Shown: positions 13,201 through 27,938 of the stretch, one piece after another | How positions within the stretch are numbered: the stretch's first letter is position 1 | Layout of the letters: each line of letters opens with the position of its first letter | Assembly (NCBI GenBank): GCA_904063045.1 | Contig: CAJFCJ010000004.1 | Span: 1,853,713-1,917,712 of the forward strand | Reading direction: 5' to 3' | From: Dimorphilus gyrociliatus | Lineage: Eukaryota; Animalia; Annelida | DNA: 64,000 nucleotides | Notes under the pieces: generated by a model | What the model saw: only the letters and a program-made list of their open reading frames with translations | Databases searched by the model: none | What the model was told of the DNA's origin: nothing | Translations under genes and position numbers: made by a program

Positions 13201-13443
13201 AATATTTATTTATCGGTTGAAATATAAATATATTAGTTATTTGGCTTATTTCAGTTCAAACGCGCTAAACGATTGAAAACAAGATGGCGGAATGACCTAA
13301 ATCAGTATGACACTATTTTAAACTACAAATACTATTTGCAAACTCACTTGTCTAGCTTTAGAGAGGGCGTCTGCAAAAGCAGTTTGGTGATCAAAATCTG
13401 GAGACTTTTCTGAGGGTGTACTCGTAACAGAGCTGAAATTCAT
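10255..13443 (-). CDS. FUBP1: Far upstream element-binding protein (FUBP1/KHSRP/Psi family), 4 KH domains, multi-exon
   Basis: Exon 1 (13348-13443) MNFSS...AFADALSKARQ|gtgagt; four GxxG KH domains (VIGKGGEH, VIGKGGET, VIGKSGEM, VIGK|GGQT); C-terminal AAWAAYY / AAWADYYRQ repeats. Confidence 0.92.
10675..10710 (-). repeat. Coding CAA/CAG tract (12 Gln) in FUBP
   Basis: Plus-strand ttg/ctg run; ORF track shows GQQQQQQQQQQQQANW. Confidence 0.9.
10968..11097 (-). ncRNA. Candidate H/ACA-type snoRNA filling a FUBP intron
   Basis: Hairpin 1 (GCACTC/GAGTGC and ACATC/GATGT stems), H-box ATACTA (11040-11045), hairpin 2 (AATAG/CTATT, ACGTT/AACGT, GGGAA/TTTCC), then ACA (10969-10971) 14 nt from the pocket; ~130 nt in total. 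The ACA abuts the 3' splice site and no target was identified. Confidence 0.35.
12050..12155 (-). ncRNA. SNORD10: Box C/D snoRNA, SNORD10/mgU6-77-like, in a FUBP intron
   Basis: C box TGATGA (12150-12155), D' CTGA (12131-12134), C'-like GTGATTA, D CTGA (12050-12053). The guide ATGCGTGTCAT before D' is complementary to U6 snRNA AUGACACGCA, and the +5 rule points to U6 C77 (human numbering, recalled sequence). Confidence 0.8.
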
Positions 13444-13725
13444 GTCTAGTAACCGGCTAGGGTAGCCGACAACATGGTGAATGAATGAAAAAAGGTTGAA
13501 ATTCTTTTCGTATTAGTTGTAAATTTCTGACTTAAACGAAAAATGTATTAAATAAAATTTTTTTGAATTTATCGTTTGAAATTAAAAGTTACGCAGTAAT
13601 AAATTAAGTTGGATGGTTTTGGTTCCGCTTTTCGTCTGGTTCTTATTCAAATTGAACGTTTTTGACTCGCACTAATCTTTTAAGTTAACTTATATAAGTT
13701 AAATGTAAAGAATAATTTTTGAATC

Positions 13726-16700
13726 ATGAATTCAAGTAGTGCAAATGATACAGTAAGCTTTCATTTATTAAATTTATATTATTATCGTAATTTTTTGTTA
13801 TTGAGCGATAATAAGAGTTTTGCGGTTTTAGAATATTGCAGTGAATTTGGAGACTGATGTTCTAGGCGGTAGAAGAGAGAAATCACAAGTTTGTTAAAAT
13901 TCATAATTTTATTTTTATATATTTTTTAATGGAATAAATTAAAAATGTAGAGTGCAGCGGAATACCATGTCGAAAAACTTCAACGCTTGGTAAATTATTT
14001 TGAATTCCTTAGAAAAATTGAATTTTGAACAAATAATACTGCAGGTTAACGAAAATAATCGGAATTATGATGCTGTCTCCGAACTCATGGAAATTTATCA
14101 ATCAAAAAATAGTCCGCTTTTACAGGAGTTTTTGCAGAATGTTTCTAAGAATTTTGCTCTAACAGAGGGTAAGAATTATTGAAGTATAATTTAAGTTATG
14201 TCTATAGTTTTATAAGTAGTATTTAAATACGCAAATTTGACTTCAATAGATGTCTGGTATGATCTACTGCAAAACGAAATGCAAATTTTGGACGATAATT
14301 ATGGTGATACTGAAAAAGTACTTAAAATAGATCAACTAATGAAGAGAGCAACTGATGATCATTGCGCCTGTGAGTAAATAATGTTTTTAAAAATATTGTT
14401 TTTTAATTAATAAAGAAAATACTTTACTTAAAGCGATAAAAATTTGGGCTTACTATTTAACTTTCTATTACAAATGGAAATTACCTACTGGTGATATTGA
14501 ATCAGTTCGAAATTTATACGAGAGAGCATATTACTGGTGTGGATCAGATGTTTGTTTTGGACATATTATTTGGAATATCTGTCATGACATTGAGAAACAA
14601 TATTTTTGCTATATTCAAGCTGTAAGTGAGATAAGAGACTTGAACTTTATATTTTCACAAAAAAATAATTCCTGAGTGAAATTCAATAATTGTGATTTTT
14701 AGAATGACGATATATCCGAAGATGAAAAAGAAAAACTTTATGGCAGTATAGCAGATGCTAAAGCCGATTTATACAGAAATCAATGCCAATGTCCAGTTTC
14801 TGGTAAACTTTTTTAATCAATTTTGCAAAAAAACAATTATTTACATTTGAGTAAAACACTATGTATTCTACTTTTCCAGGAGTCGACGTTGCCCTAGCTG
14901 CAACAAAGGAATTAGGAGAAGATTTAGTAGATCAAGAATTTGAGAGTTTTGCTGCGGAAGCGATAGCTGCTCACGAAAATCGTTTAACAATGCTGCCAGA
15001 TTTCGCCGAAAGAGCTGAAGACAAAGAGATTTTGGCTGAACTTCACAAAAAGTATATTCAATTTGAATTAGAGGGAGATGAAAAAATGTGGATCCTTAAT
15101 GCTTTTAATCGGGCCCTTTTGCAATGTCCGTATGAAAAGGAAATATGGACTGACTATTTGATATGGTATTCAGAAAATGTCGTTAATGATCTGGAACAAA
15201 TCCTCAGAGCCCTTCGCTTTTTACCTAAATCCTGCCGCTTATCAGCGTTCTACTTGCTAAAGTTAGAAGAATCAGAAACCTGCTCCGAGGATACATTGAT
15301 AAATTATTATGAAGAATATCTTTCTATGCCTTTTGACGACATCAGAGAATATGGAAATTTATGGATACAGTACATCAATTTTCATAGACGAATGCCTGAT
15401 CTTGACCTAGCATCGGGTAAATAAATTTTAATTTATCTATAATTATGTTTTAGTAAAAATAAATTTACATAACAGAAGAAAATGAACGAAAAGAGTACTT
15501 GAGAGACACCTTAGAAAGAGCTGTGATGGCTTTAAAAAAGAGTAAGAAATTTTACAATCTATTTTTGAATGTATAAATCAAAAAGAAATATGTATATTTA
15601 AATACACATATATGAAATTTCCAGATATGAGAAGTGCTGATCCAAAATTATCAATTTTAAGACAACAGGCTGATATAGAGGTATATATACTAAAATTCGT
15701 AGGAAACTTGCAATGTACAATTATATTTTATTCAAAGGCTCGCTTGTTAAATATGCCTCGAGCAAGAGAGATTTGGGGTGAAGTTATGAATTTAGGAGGA
15801 CATCAACCTACCCTTGCAGATTCTTATATTGAATATATAAAATTTGAATCAGCATGGGGAGACACCAAACATGTTCTGAAATTGGTTAAAAAAGCTATAT
15901 CGAAAACTCCTGCTAATATTTCAAAAATTCGTCTTTATGATGTAGCTTTAGAAATTTACAATACTCAAGGTTAAATTGCATACTAAACTCAAACAATATT
16001 TATTATGTTGGTCTCTTTATCACAAAAGGTTCTCTAAAAAATCTTTTGAGTGAAGTCTTCGAAATTGAAAAGGCAAGAAATGAGACACAAAAAGAAATAA
16101 ATGCTAACAGAGAAAAGACCAAAGTGACAAAGACGACAAAAGAGAAAACATCTCAAAAGGATAGAAAGAAACAACAAACTACGAAATCAGAAGAAACAGC
16201 AGATTCAACAAAAGCTCATGAGTTTAAGATGCCAGCTCCTTTTTCAGGTTTGTCGTATTTTCAGTAAGATGAATATTTTTCAGTATCTGTATAATTTATT
16301 CCAGAGGCAAAGGCTAAAAAGAAAACTTTTGTTAAGGAAACTACTGACGCAAGTGATGATACTGTAAGCTCTAAAAAACGAAAATTATCCGAAGAAGAAA
16401 GTGGAGATGAACCAACTCCTCCAAAGATTCAGAGAAGTAATTAATTTGCATTCTACACTATTTTGACCACAATAGCTTAATTCAACTTGTTTGAACAGTT
16501 AACCTAGAGGAAGATGTTTCTGATAAACTTACAGCCTTTGTAAGCAATTTGGAATATTCAGTAACAGAAGAACGTATTCAAGATATATTTGAAGCTGTCG
16601 GTAAAGTGAAACAAGTTCGTTTAGCAAAAACAAATAAAAACACAAGCCGAGGATTTGCATATGTCGATTTCGCAGATGAGGTTGTAACTTTTCGTTTATT

Positions 16701-17588
16701 AATCTTTGAATCTTTTAACTCATCTGAAAGATTTATCACATCAATTTTTTTCAGAAATCTTATGAAGCCGCATTATCTATTGATAGAACTCTTATAGATG
16801 GTCGACCAATGTACGTTTCCAAACTAAAGAAAAAAGGTGATGAAACCAAGGTTTTCAAGGTAATATAAATTTAACATAATAGGCAATAATACAAGTTAAC
16901 CCGCAACTATATTTTTAAACTAGTTTTCAACAAATATGGAGAAAAATAAACTTTTTGTGAGAAATATACCGCTGGATGTACCGGAGAATGAGTTGCAAAA
17001 CTTGTTTGAAAAGGTAAACATTTAATTTCTTTAATTCCGTCTCAAATTGAATATTTAAAATTTTTTTATAATATTCTACAGCATGGTAAAATAAAGAGCG
17101 TTCGACTTGTAACATATAGAAACGGAAAGTCTAAAGGTTTGATATTATTAATATATTTAAACAACGTACGAAACCTTAAGGCTACTGACTTTATATATTT
17201 TTTTATAAATAGGAATTGCTTACATTGAATTTGAGAAAGATTCCGAAGCTACTGATGCTGTAATGAAACTAGACAATTTCGAGTTTAAGGGTCAAACTTT
17301 AAGTGTAGCAATCAGTAATCCACCACCCAGAAATCAACCAGTAAAGAAAACTTTAAGTCTTGGAAGCGGTAAAAAAGAAACTAATAAGTAAGTGTTGTCT
17401 CTAAAATTGATTAATTAATTGTACTAATATAAGCCTTGTTTACCTTCAATAGTAGAGGTAAGGCTCATACTCAGTTATCGTTCCTACCAACCTCTTTGAG
17501 GAAGAAGCAAGACGTAGAAAAAGTTTCAACAGATTCAAGCAAGCCTATGACCAATGACGAGTTCAGAAATTTCCTAACAAAAAAATAG
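13726..17588 (+). CDS. SART3: SART3/p110 U4/U6 recycling factor, many short exons
   Basis: HAT-like helical N-terminal region; two RRMs (AFVSNLEY...RGFAYVDF; LFVRNIP...KGIAYIEF); C-terminal LSm-interaction motif PMTNDEFRNFL. Confidence 0.88.
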
Positions 17589-17985
17589 ATTCCGTTTAAG
17601 GTTTCACAAAAATAATTTTATTTTTTTATTATTATTAATACACATACCTTAATTGCGAAATCGTAATGAGCCATGTTGTAAACTTTAAATTATAATATCA
17701 TACTGCTATCTTATCTTACTGAGGAACAGTTTAACGCTTGGTAGATATTCAAACTTACCAGTTTCTAGCCAAAATTTTTTACGTCACTTCATTTCTATTC
17801 ATGATTTGGGACTCCTCCCCCACCTTTTGAAAATACAAGCCGCAGCCATTTAGGTCTGATCAACAAAAGGAACTAGAAATTCTGGTTTCGGCCATTTTTT
17901 GATGAGTTTCACCATATTGTACATTTGAAATGTGTTAGTAGATGGTAAAAGATACATTAAATAGAGTTAAATTCATCAAGAAGAT

Positions 17986-20361
17986 ATGTATTTATTCAAG
18001 TTTACTTTCTGTTGGATATTGTTACTGAGTTTTCAACCAATTATATTTTGCAATGAAGACGTATTTACAAATGATTTTGCTGTTCAAGTAGAAGGAGATA
18101 GTGACGATGTAGCCAATTTAGTGGCGATGTCGCATGGCTGTCAAATTGTTAAACGTATAAAATCTGTAAATCTCTTTCATTTTAAACATCCTAAGCTAAA
18201 AAAACGATCCAAGAGAAGCGCTGAACATATATTGAATATTTTAAAATCAGACCCAAATGTTATTCACGTTGAGCAACAAAGACTTTTAAAGAGAGTAAAA
18301 CGGTTGGATGATTTAGATTCACTATTTGATGATCTACAAGATGACTCCTCCATGTTTAATGATCCAATTTGGCCAAAGCAATGGCACTTGTATAATGATG
18401 GACAAACAGATGGACCTCCTAGAATGGATATAAACGTGGAACCCGTATGGCACGCAAATATCAAAGGCGACGGTTAGTCACTATTTATATATATATATAT
18501 ATAAATAGTATGATAAATCTGAATACTTTTTTCCTTGTTATCTTTGAACAGGTGTGATAGTAAGCGTGATAGACGATGGAGTAGATTATACACATCCGGA
18601 TTTAAAAGATGCGTATAATTCAACACTTAGCTTCGACATAAACGGAAATGACAAAGATCCGTTTCCAAATGATACTCTTGATTCAAATGGGTAAGTTTTA
18701 TTAAAATATCTTTATTCAATTAGTTTTTTAGAAACATTGTTATGTTGTATTGTGTCGGCTTATTGGTATTATAAATAGGATGAATTCGAAAAACATACTC
18801 TTTGCCATAGTAATATATTAAAGATAGACATTTTTTCTTTGTCTTTGTTGAGAATTAATCAAACGTGTATTATTTTTTATATAGCCATGGAACCAAATGT
18901 GCCGGAGTTATTGCCTCAAAGCCAAATGATAGAGTGTGCGGGGTTGGTATTGCTCATAAAGCACAATTTGCTGCTATAAGAGCCTTGGATGGTCCAATTA
19001 CTGATTTAACTGAGTCAGAAGCGTTGGCTTATAATCTTCCTTTAGTTGATATTGTCACGGCTTCGTGGGGTCCGCCAGATTCAGGCAAAAGTTTCGAAGG
19101 ACCTCATCATTTTACTGCAAAAGTTATGAAAGAAGGAGCTGAGAGAGGAAGGAATGGCTCAGGAGTAATTTTTATCTGGGCTGCAGGCAATGGAAATTTC
19201 AGAGGGGATTTTTGCTCTTTCGATGGATACGTTAACAGCCTTTATACTATACCAATTGGTAGTCTAACTCATACTGGAGAGAAATCTTACTATTCCGAAA
19301 GCTGTACAGCTAATTTTGCAGCTACTTTTACCGGAGGGTTCAGTTATCTCTCAAGCAATATTTTGAACATAAATTTACCCAATAGGATAGTAACTACTTC
19401 TCTTCATCATAAATGCACTGAGAGCTTCCAAGGAACTTCTGCATCTGCACCTGTTGCCACCGGTTGCGCAGCTCTCATAATACAAGCAAACCCTTTCTTA
19501 ACTTGGCGAGATGTTCAACATATCATAGCCTTAACAGCAAGAGTAAGTAGCATAGAGGATCGAGATGATTGGACAATTAATGGAGCAGGATATCATGTAA
19601 GTCCAAATTATGGCTTTGGTGCTTTAGATTGTTCATCCGCTGTAGGTTTTGCTCAATTATGGGAAAATGTTGGAGAGCAGCAAAAATGCGTAATCGACCA
19701 CTCAGGCGACAATGTTATAATAGAAAATGAAGATAATAGGATATTTACATTCGATACCAACAATTGTAAAAATGTTTCCCATCTAGAACATGTTGTAGTT
19801 CAAGTAAATATGACTGTACAAAATAGGGGCGGAATAAAAATGACGTTAATTTCTCCTGCTGGTACTATATCAGTAATTATGCCTCATAGACAGAAAGATA
19901 CCGCAAACAAAACTAATGTATTTGGTTTTCTAACTGTAATGACTTGGGGCGAAAATCCGGAGGGCAACTGGACCTTGAAAGTCACCGCAAAAGATGCCAA
20001 AGTTACATTTAATAATTTAAGTTTAGTCCTATATGGAACTAATGACACAGAGAGAAAACCAAATATAAATTCGTTCACTCCAAATAGAGAAAAACTTTTA
20101 AAGATAATGGAAGAAGAAGATCAAAGAACTAAAAATATTATACCAATGAAAAAAACAGATTTGTATGAAACTTTAAAAACTGCAGATAGTATGAAATTGA
20201 AATTAAATCCAAGAGAATTAAGAGGAGTAGTAAATCAGTTAAATTATGATAAAAGAAATCAAGGAACAAATTGGGCAAAAGAGTTTAGAAAAAGAAGCCA
20301 AGCGGATCTTGATCTTAGGGATTTATCAGATTTATTGAATATGATTGATAAAAGATATTAA
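17986..20361 (+). CDS. Subtilisin/kexin-like proprotein convertase (PC1/3- or furin-like, no TM), 3 exons
   Basis: Signal peptide; prodomain ending RLLKRVKR; catalytic D (VIDDGVDY), H (SHGTKCAG), oxyanion N (AAGNG), S (GTSASAP); P domain (LEHVVVQV). Confidence 0.92.
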
Positions 20362-20905
20362 GTTTGTATACATGTTTTTATTGTCATTTAAAAAAAAAGA
20401 AATTTTATTGTCTGTTTTTAACATATTTTTTTAATTAAAACCTTATAGGCCTATACTCATGAATTTTATCAAATTAAATGCAATTAAAATGGGAAGGATG
20501 TACTGCTAAATAAAAATTTGTCTTGTTTTTTTTTTTATGCTCGAATGATTTTAACAGAAGAGTTTGTTGCGTTCAATATTAAATTTAAATCATATGAATT
20601 TTCATAGGCCTTTATATAACAATAGCTCTTTTGGAGGCTAGATAATATTTTCATTATGACTGATACTTTTTTTATGTTAAAATATAAAAAAACAACATCA
20701 GTTACTCTTTGTTTTTACTTAATAGCAACAAATCTTTGTAGAACTTTTCCATCCTTCATAATTATTGGTATTATCTTTCTTATAGGCTTTCTAATGAAAA
20801 TTGGATGATTTTTATCGTTATTATCTATTTTTGTCTATCATTTATAAGTCATTTTCATTTTATGAAAATCAGTTTCTTTTATTAAATCAGTCAGCAATGT
20901 AAGTT

Positions 20906-22614
20906 TTAACTATAGTCGTCCTTAAACTTCTCCATTTTTTTCAGATAATCGACGTCTGCTATTGGTTTTAGTTTGTTTAGAATTTTTAGCATATCACTCA
21001 AAGTTACTGCAGGTACTAATAATTCATTTTCTGAAATTTGCATAAAGGACATTTCTATGGCTTCTGGAACTTCAGGACTGCATGGAGTCAACAGATCTAC
21101 AATCTGCTCTTTGTTAGTAGGTGATGGTCCACTTACTGTTCTAAAATGTGTTGCATCTCGTACTTTATAAACTGGTTGTAAGCAAGCTTCACGTGTAATT
21201 TGATGTATCTCAGCTGCAGAAAATCCTTCAGTCTTTTCTCCTAAAGTTTTAAAATCGTCTTCATGTAACTCATTAACAGAATTCTCCATGTATAATTTAA
21301 ACAAAGTAGTACGAGCATCTTCCTCTGGTAATTGAATATGTATACGCTTTGTAAAATATTTGAGGACACGATAATCTAAAGTCCACGGAGTGTTTGTCGA
21401 TCCTATAACCCATACTCCATCACTTTCATGCCAATGTATACTTATTTGACATAGAATTTCAGTTTTTAACTTTCTTGCATGCTCATTATTGTCTTCATTG
21501 GAAAATAGGAAATCAATAGCTTCTAACAATATTATACTAGGTTTCCTTGCACTAGCCATTCTAAAGGTGTCTTTGATCACTTTTAAACCCTCTCCGTGCC
21601 ATTTACATATCTGAATATATATTACAAATATTCCAATTAAAATTACAAAAATACAATAATTTTATAAAATTACCAGATCAGCAGACGATATTGAAAAGAA
21701 ATTAGAACTATTTGCTTCAGTTGCAACAGCTTTCGCTAAGTATGACTTTCCAGTTCCAGGTGGTCCAAATAATAAAGTGCATTTCCCAGGTAGTTTTGTA
21801 CCAGTAAATAAATTTGGGAACTTTATAGGCAGAAGAACACTTTCTTTCAGAGCTTGTTTGGCTGCTTCTAAACCAATAACTTTATCCCATGGTACATTAC
21901 AACTTTCAAAAACAATTTCTTTTTGAAGTTGTGGATTGATTTCTCTCTTATCCGATTCTTTCTTATTGTCGTTGCTTATTAGATGATGTTATAATAAGAA
22001 AAAGAGTTGAAATTATAAAAGAACTATTACCTTTGATTATCCTTTTCATTTTTAATCAAATCGGCTTTCAGTTTCTCAGCTCTGTTGAGATATTGTAAAA
22101 CTTTTGCTCTAACCTGACTTTTGACTGCTTGATTTGTTAGTTCGTCTTGAAAAATTTGTATATTTTTTTAATTATTATAATGATTTTATATATAAAGAAA
22201 TATTAAGAAAATCTTACATTTTAAAGCATTTAAAAAACATTGAAGTCCATTTTTATATAATTTGAAAGCTTCCTCAAAGTTTTCTGCATAATCTTCTTCA
22301 ATTGCTTGTTTTAAATAAGTAATTCCTTTCTGAAAATGATGAATATTTGTTATTTTACATCTTTTTATAAGATTAAATGATTTACTTTGAGGGAGGGTGT
22401 CACCAAACCGGTTTCCTTCTAAAAAATATATACATTTATTTGTTTAAGCGTTCTAACAATTTTAATATACAAAGAGATTTACCTCTACAAAAGGTATTAT
22501 GGCAGCTTCATCCTGATGGTTTCATAAATTTTATACTCTCTATATCTTATACAAATGGATACTCACTCCGATAGAAGGTTCTTCTACAGTTAGTTCTTCA
22601 TTGGAGCCCGTCAT
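20906..22614 (-). CDS. VPS4 paralogue C: MIT plus AAA domain, Walker B and Arg-finger degenerate
   Basis: Intact spliced ORF (exons ~22567-22614, 22484-22513, 22220-22331, 22031-22153, 21675-21976, 20906-21610). [16 protein letters not shown]...YLNRAEKLK; Walker A GPPGTGKS; Walker B ILLEAID; LDYRVLKYF replaces LDAAIRRRF. Confidence 0.85.
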
Positions 22615-22902
22615 ATTTTAAAATGTTGCCTACTATTTCTATGGGATTTACTGCGAGTCTTTCATGTTGTAATAAGGATTCTCCCTATTAGTCACTTACA
22701 CGAGAAGAGTGAGATTTACTCATAAATCAAATATCTAGGGTTGGTTCGATTGTGAAAATATTAATTATTAATCTTATCAAAAATCAGATATTATTACGAA
22801 ATAACCTTAAACACCATAAAATATATGATTCTTTACATTATTAAAGTATTGTTTTCTCAGTTATCATTCAAACAAAAAAGTAGTTCAAACAAAACTATAA
22901 CG

Positions 22903-24123
22903 TTAAGTATTGGCATAACGATTGACAAATTCTTCAATTCTCTCTACTTCTTCACTTGAAATTGTTGGTTTGTATTTTTTGAATATTTTTAACACAACTT
23001 CCATCGAAATTTCAATTGTTGAGAATTTCCCTTCCGGAACATCTTCAAAAGTCATTTCTACTGCATCGCAGTCGTCTGATTCGCAAGGTAGCCAAAGATC
23101 AGTGTCTATAATTTCCTTGTTCTCTGGTGAAGGTCCAGTAACTTTTTTAAAGTGAGTAGCATTTCTCAAAATGTTAATGAAATCAAAGGAAACTTCCCGA
23201 ACAAAGCATGTTAAATCACTAGCGGAAAATCGTTCGGTTAATAAACCCAGCTTTGCAAAATCTTCTGCCTTTAGATTACTACGTAAATCTTTCATATTAT
23301 TTTTAATAATTAATGTTCTAGAATCTCTATCTTGAAGAGGAAGATAGACGATTTTTGCAAATTTCCTCCGAACAATAGAACATAATTTCCACGGAGCACC
23401 ACAAGCTCCCACTATAGAAAGTCCATTGTTATTATCAAAAGCGACACCATTTATTTGAACTAATAATTCTGTTACTATTCTATAAACTCTGGAACTTTCC
23501 TCAACCACTTCGTTAGTGAGAAATTCCAAATCATCTAAGAAAACTATGCATGGCTTAGTCTCTCTTGCAAAGTTGAAAAACCTCTTAACTAACTCTCCTC
23601 CGTCGGAAGCTTGTCCTGTCATCTGAGTTGTAAAATAATTAAGCATTATTACAATCGTTTATAACATTGCTATGGTAATCATTTGCTGTACTATGATTCA
23701 TCATTACATGATTGAAATGTATACTTACAAAATCTGCAGGATGAATATGAAATAGAGATATATTTTCTGCAATGCTAGCGATAGATTTAATCAGATACGT
23801 CTTTCCAACTCCATTTACACCGCAAACAAGCGTCTTTTTAATTGGTGTTGGAAATAATTTTGGAAATTTCAAAGGAAATATTGTGCATTCAAGCAATTGC
23901 TTCTTTATTTCAGGAGGACATATTACATCATCAAAGTGAACGGTACTTTTAACAGGTTCAATGAAATATTTCACACTTTTATCTAGGTCATCCTCCGTTT
24001 TGGTCTCTTTTATTTCTCGATCATTATTATCCTGTAATAATTAATTGTTATATAATTTATAAGTACAACTGCTATCTAGAAACGCTTAGATACCTGTAAA
24101 TGATAATTAGATATATTTTCCAT
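22903..24123 (-). CDS. VPS4 paralogue B: MIT-less, divergent AAA domain
   Basis: Exon 1 MENISNYHLQ (24094-24123) splices directly to the linker/AAA exon. GVNGVGKT, VFLDDLEF, GACGAPW, IVRRKF; VPS4 beta-domain retained. The intron after 'ADF|' is at the same position as in VPS4. Confidence 0.82.
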
Positions 24124-25195
24124 CTTATTGTGTGCATATAAAGCCAGATTAGTTATGTTTCCATTTCAGATTAGTGTAGCATGGTCGCTGAGGAATATAA
24201 TTTCGCAAGACAAATCAGTTATACATGAGTCATGATCATGTGATGTCAACAAAATCTATTTACTGGCAAAAACCATTCAAGAAAGGGTTTATTTTTAAAA
24301 GTTTAGATTGTAGATAAAAGCAAAAAAATAACATAATTTCATTAACTAATACTAATATTCTAATTTATTAATTTTTCAAGATAAATAGAAGCTCTTATTA
24401 CTTTCAACTTTGTTTACTTATTCTTTATATAAATTAAAATTTTTACTATTTATTGTTAGTTAGAGTGTAATAACTAGTTAGTTAATGAAGTATATCTTAT
24501 GCCATTTTTGTGGTCGTACCCTTATTTACTTTTAAATTTTAAATGATTTACAATTCATACTCAAGTATGATTTATATGCTCTCTCATTTTCCCCCATTTC
24601 GTATGAAAAATTATAGTGAGGATTTATCAAAAGAGTAGAAAATGAATCATAGTCACATGAATAGTGAATAAATTACGCACGAAATTCCGGTTCAAAATGA
24701 CAAAATGAGAAGAGATAAGATAGTAACTCTTCAATGACTAATACTTGAATTAGTAATTAAAATATAATGGGAATAGGTATTCGCCTATTTAAAAGTAATT
24801 AAATTATAAAACAAACAAGGAAATAGCAATTAACTATGAAGTTAATTAGTTGGAAACCAATTGTTTATTATTTTCAATCTGTAATAAATATAACTTAATT
24901 TTAGAAAACTATAAAAACAGAAGAATAAATTTCGTATCAATTAAAGCTTTACATATATACTGTCTATATTTATATAAATTTATATATATATTTATATACT
25001 TACGATGTAATTGAACTAAAGTATGAACAAGTTTTATTTTCCTTACTTCAACTTCATACGGAAATGAAGCAGCTACTCTTTACATACAATTTAAAAAATA
25101 TTGAATAAATCATTCATGGTTAAAACGAAATAAAATATATAATTTTTATGTTTTATTTTTGAGAGTAAATATTAAGCAGTTTGTTTCCGCTGATT

Positions 25196-27279
<2,084 letters not shown>

Positions 27280-27340
27280 TTCCTGTTCATTTACTCGTGA
27301 ATGGCACAAAAAATTCAGATAAGGAACAGTATAATATCAA

Positions 27341-27354
27341 GGCGGAAGTGACGT
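27341..27354 (+). promoter_or_regulatory. Overlapping ETS-CRE composite motif in the VPS4/MerB-like divergent promoter
   Basis: GGCGGAAGTGACGT, ~60 bp upstream of the VPS4 start codon; a known housekeeping-promoter composite motif. Motif match only. Confidence 0.45.
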
Positions 27355-27938
27355 ACAAAATGTTTTCGGATTCTGACTACTCCTCTAAATATTTATTATA
27401 CACATTAAGCATATAGATAATACTTAACAGCAATTCTACTTTAACAAAATAAATAAACATTGTAAAAAGTACGAAAATATTTTTCTTTCTGCTTTCCTCT
27501 TCCTTCAACTTTTCGTTGCAATTTTTAAAAATCTGCGTCTAAAGTTCTAAAAATTATTTTATATTTTAACTTGAAAATAAATTAATTCTGCAAAAGCTGA
27601 ATATGACTTTGGCAAGTAATATTATCATTCATATTTAAATAGTTGATTAATTTTAACTATCGTCTGTGAATTATTGTTGATTTAGTCGAAGATTTTTTAT
27701 GAGCACACTTCGTATTAGACCTCATCTCAAAAGCATAAAGCTACAAATAAATTATCATTATTTATTATGTAAAAATATGTGCATTTATATTTTAATTTTA
27801 CGAAAACTAATTAATTCTTTTTCAAGGTCTTGTTTGTTGCCTGAAATCATATTAAATTACGGCATACCGATATACTCATTGTTATTTAAAGTATAGAGGA
27901 GTATACATTTTGTGAAAAGAGTACTGCATCTCATTGTC

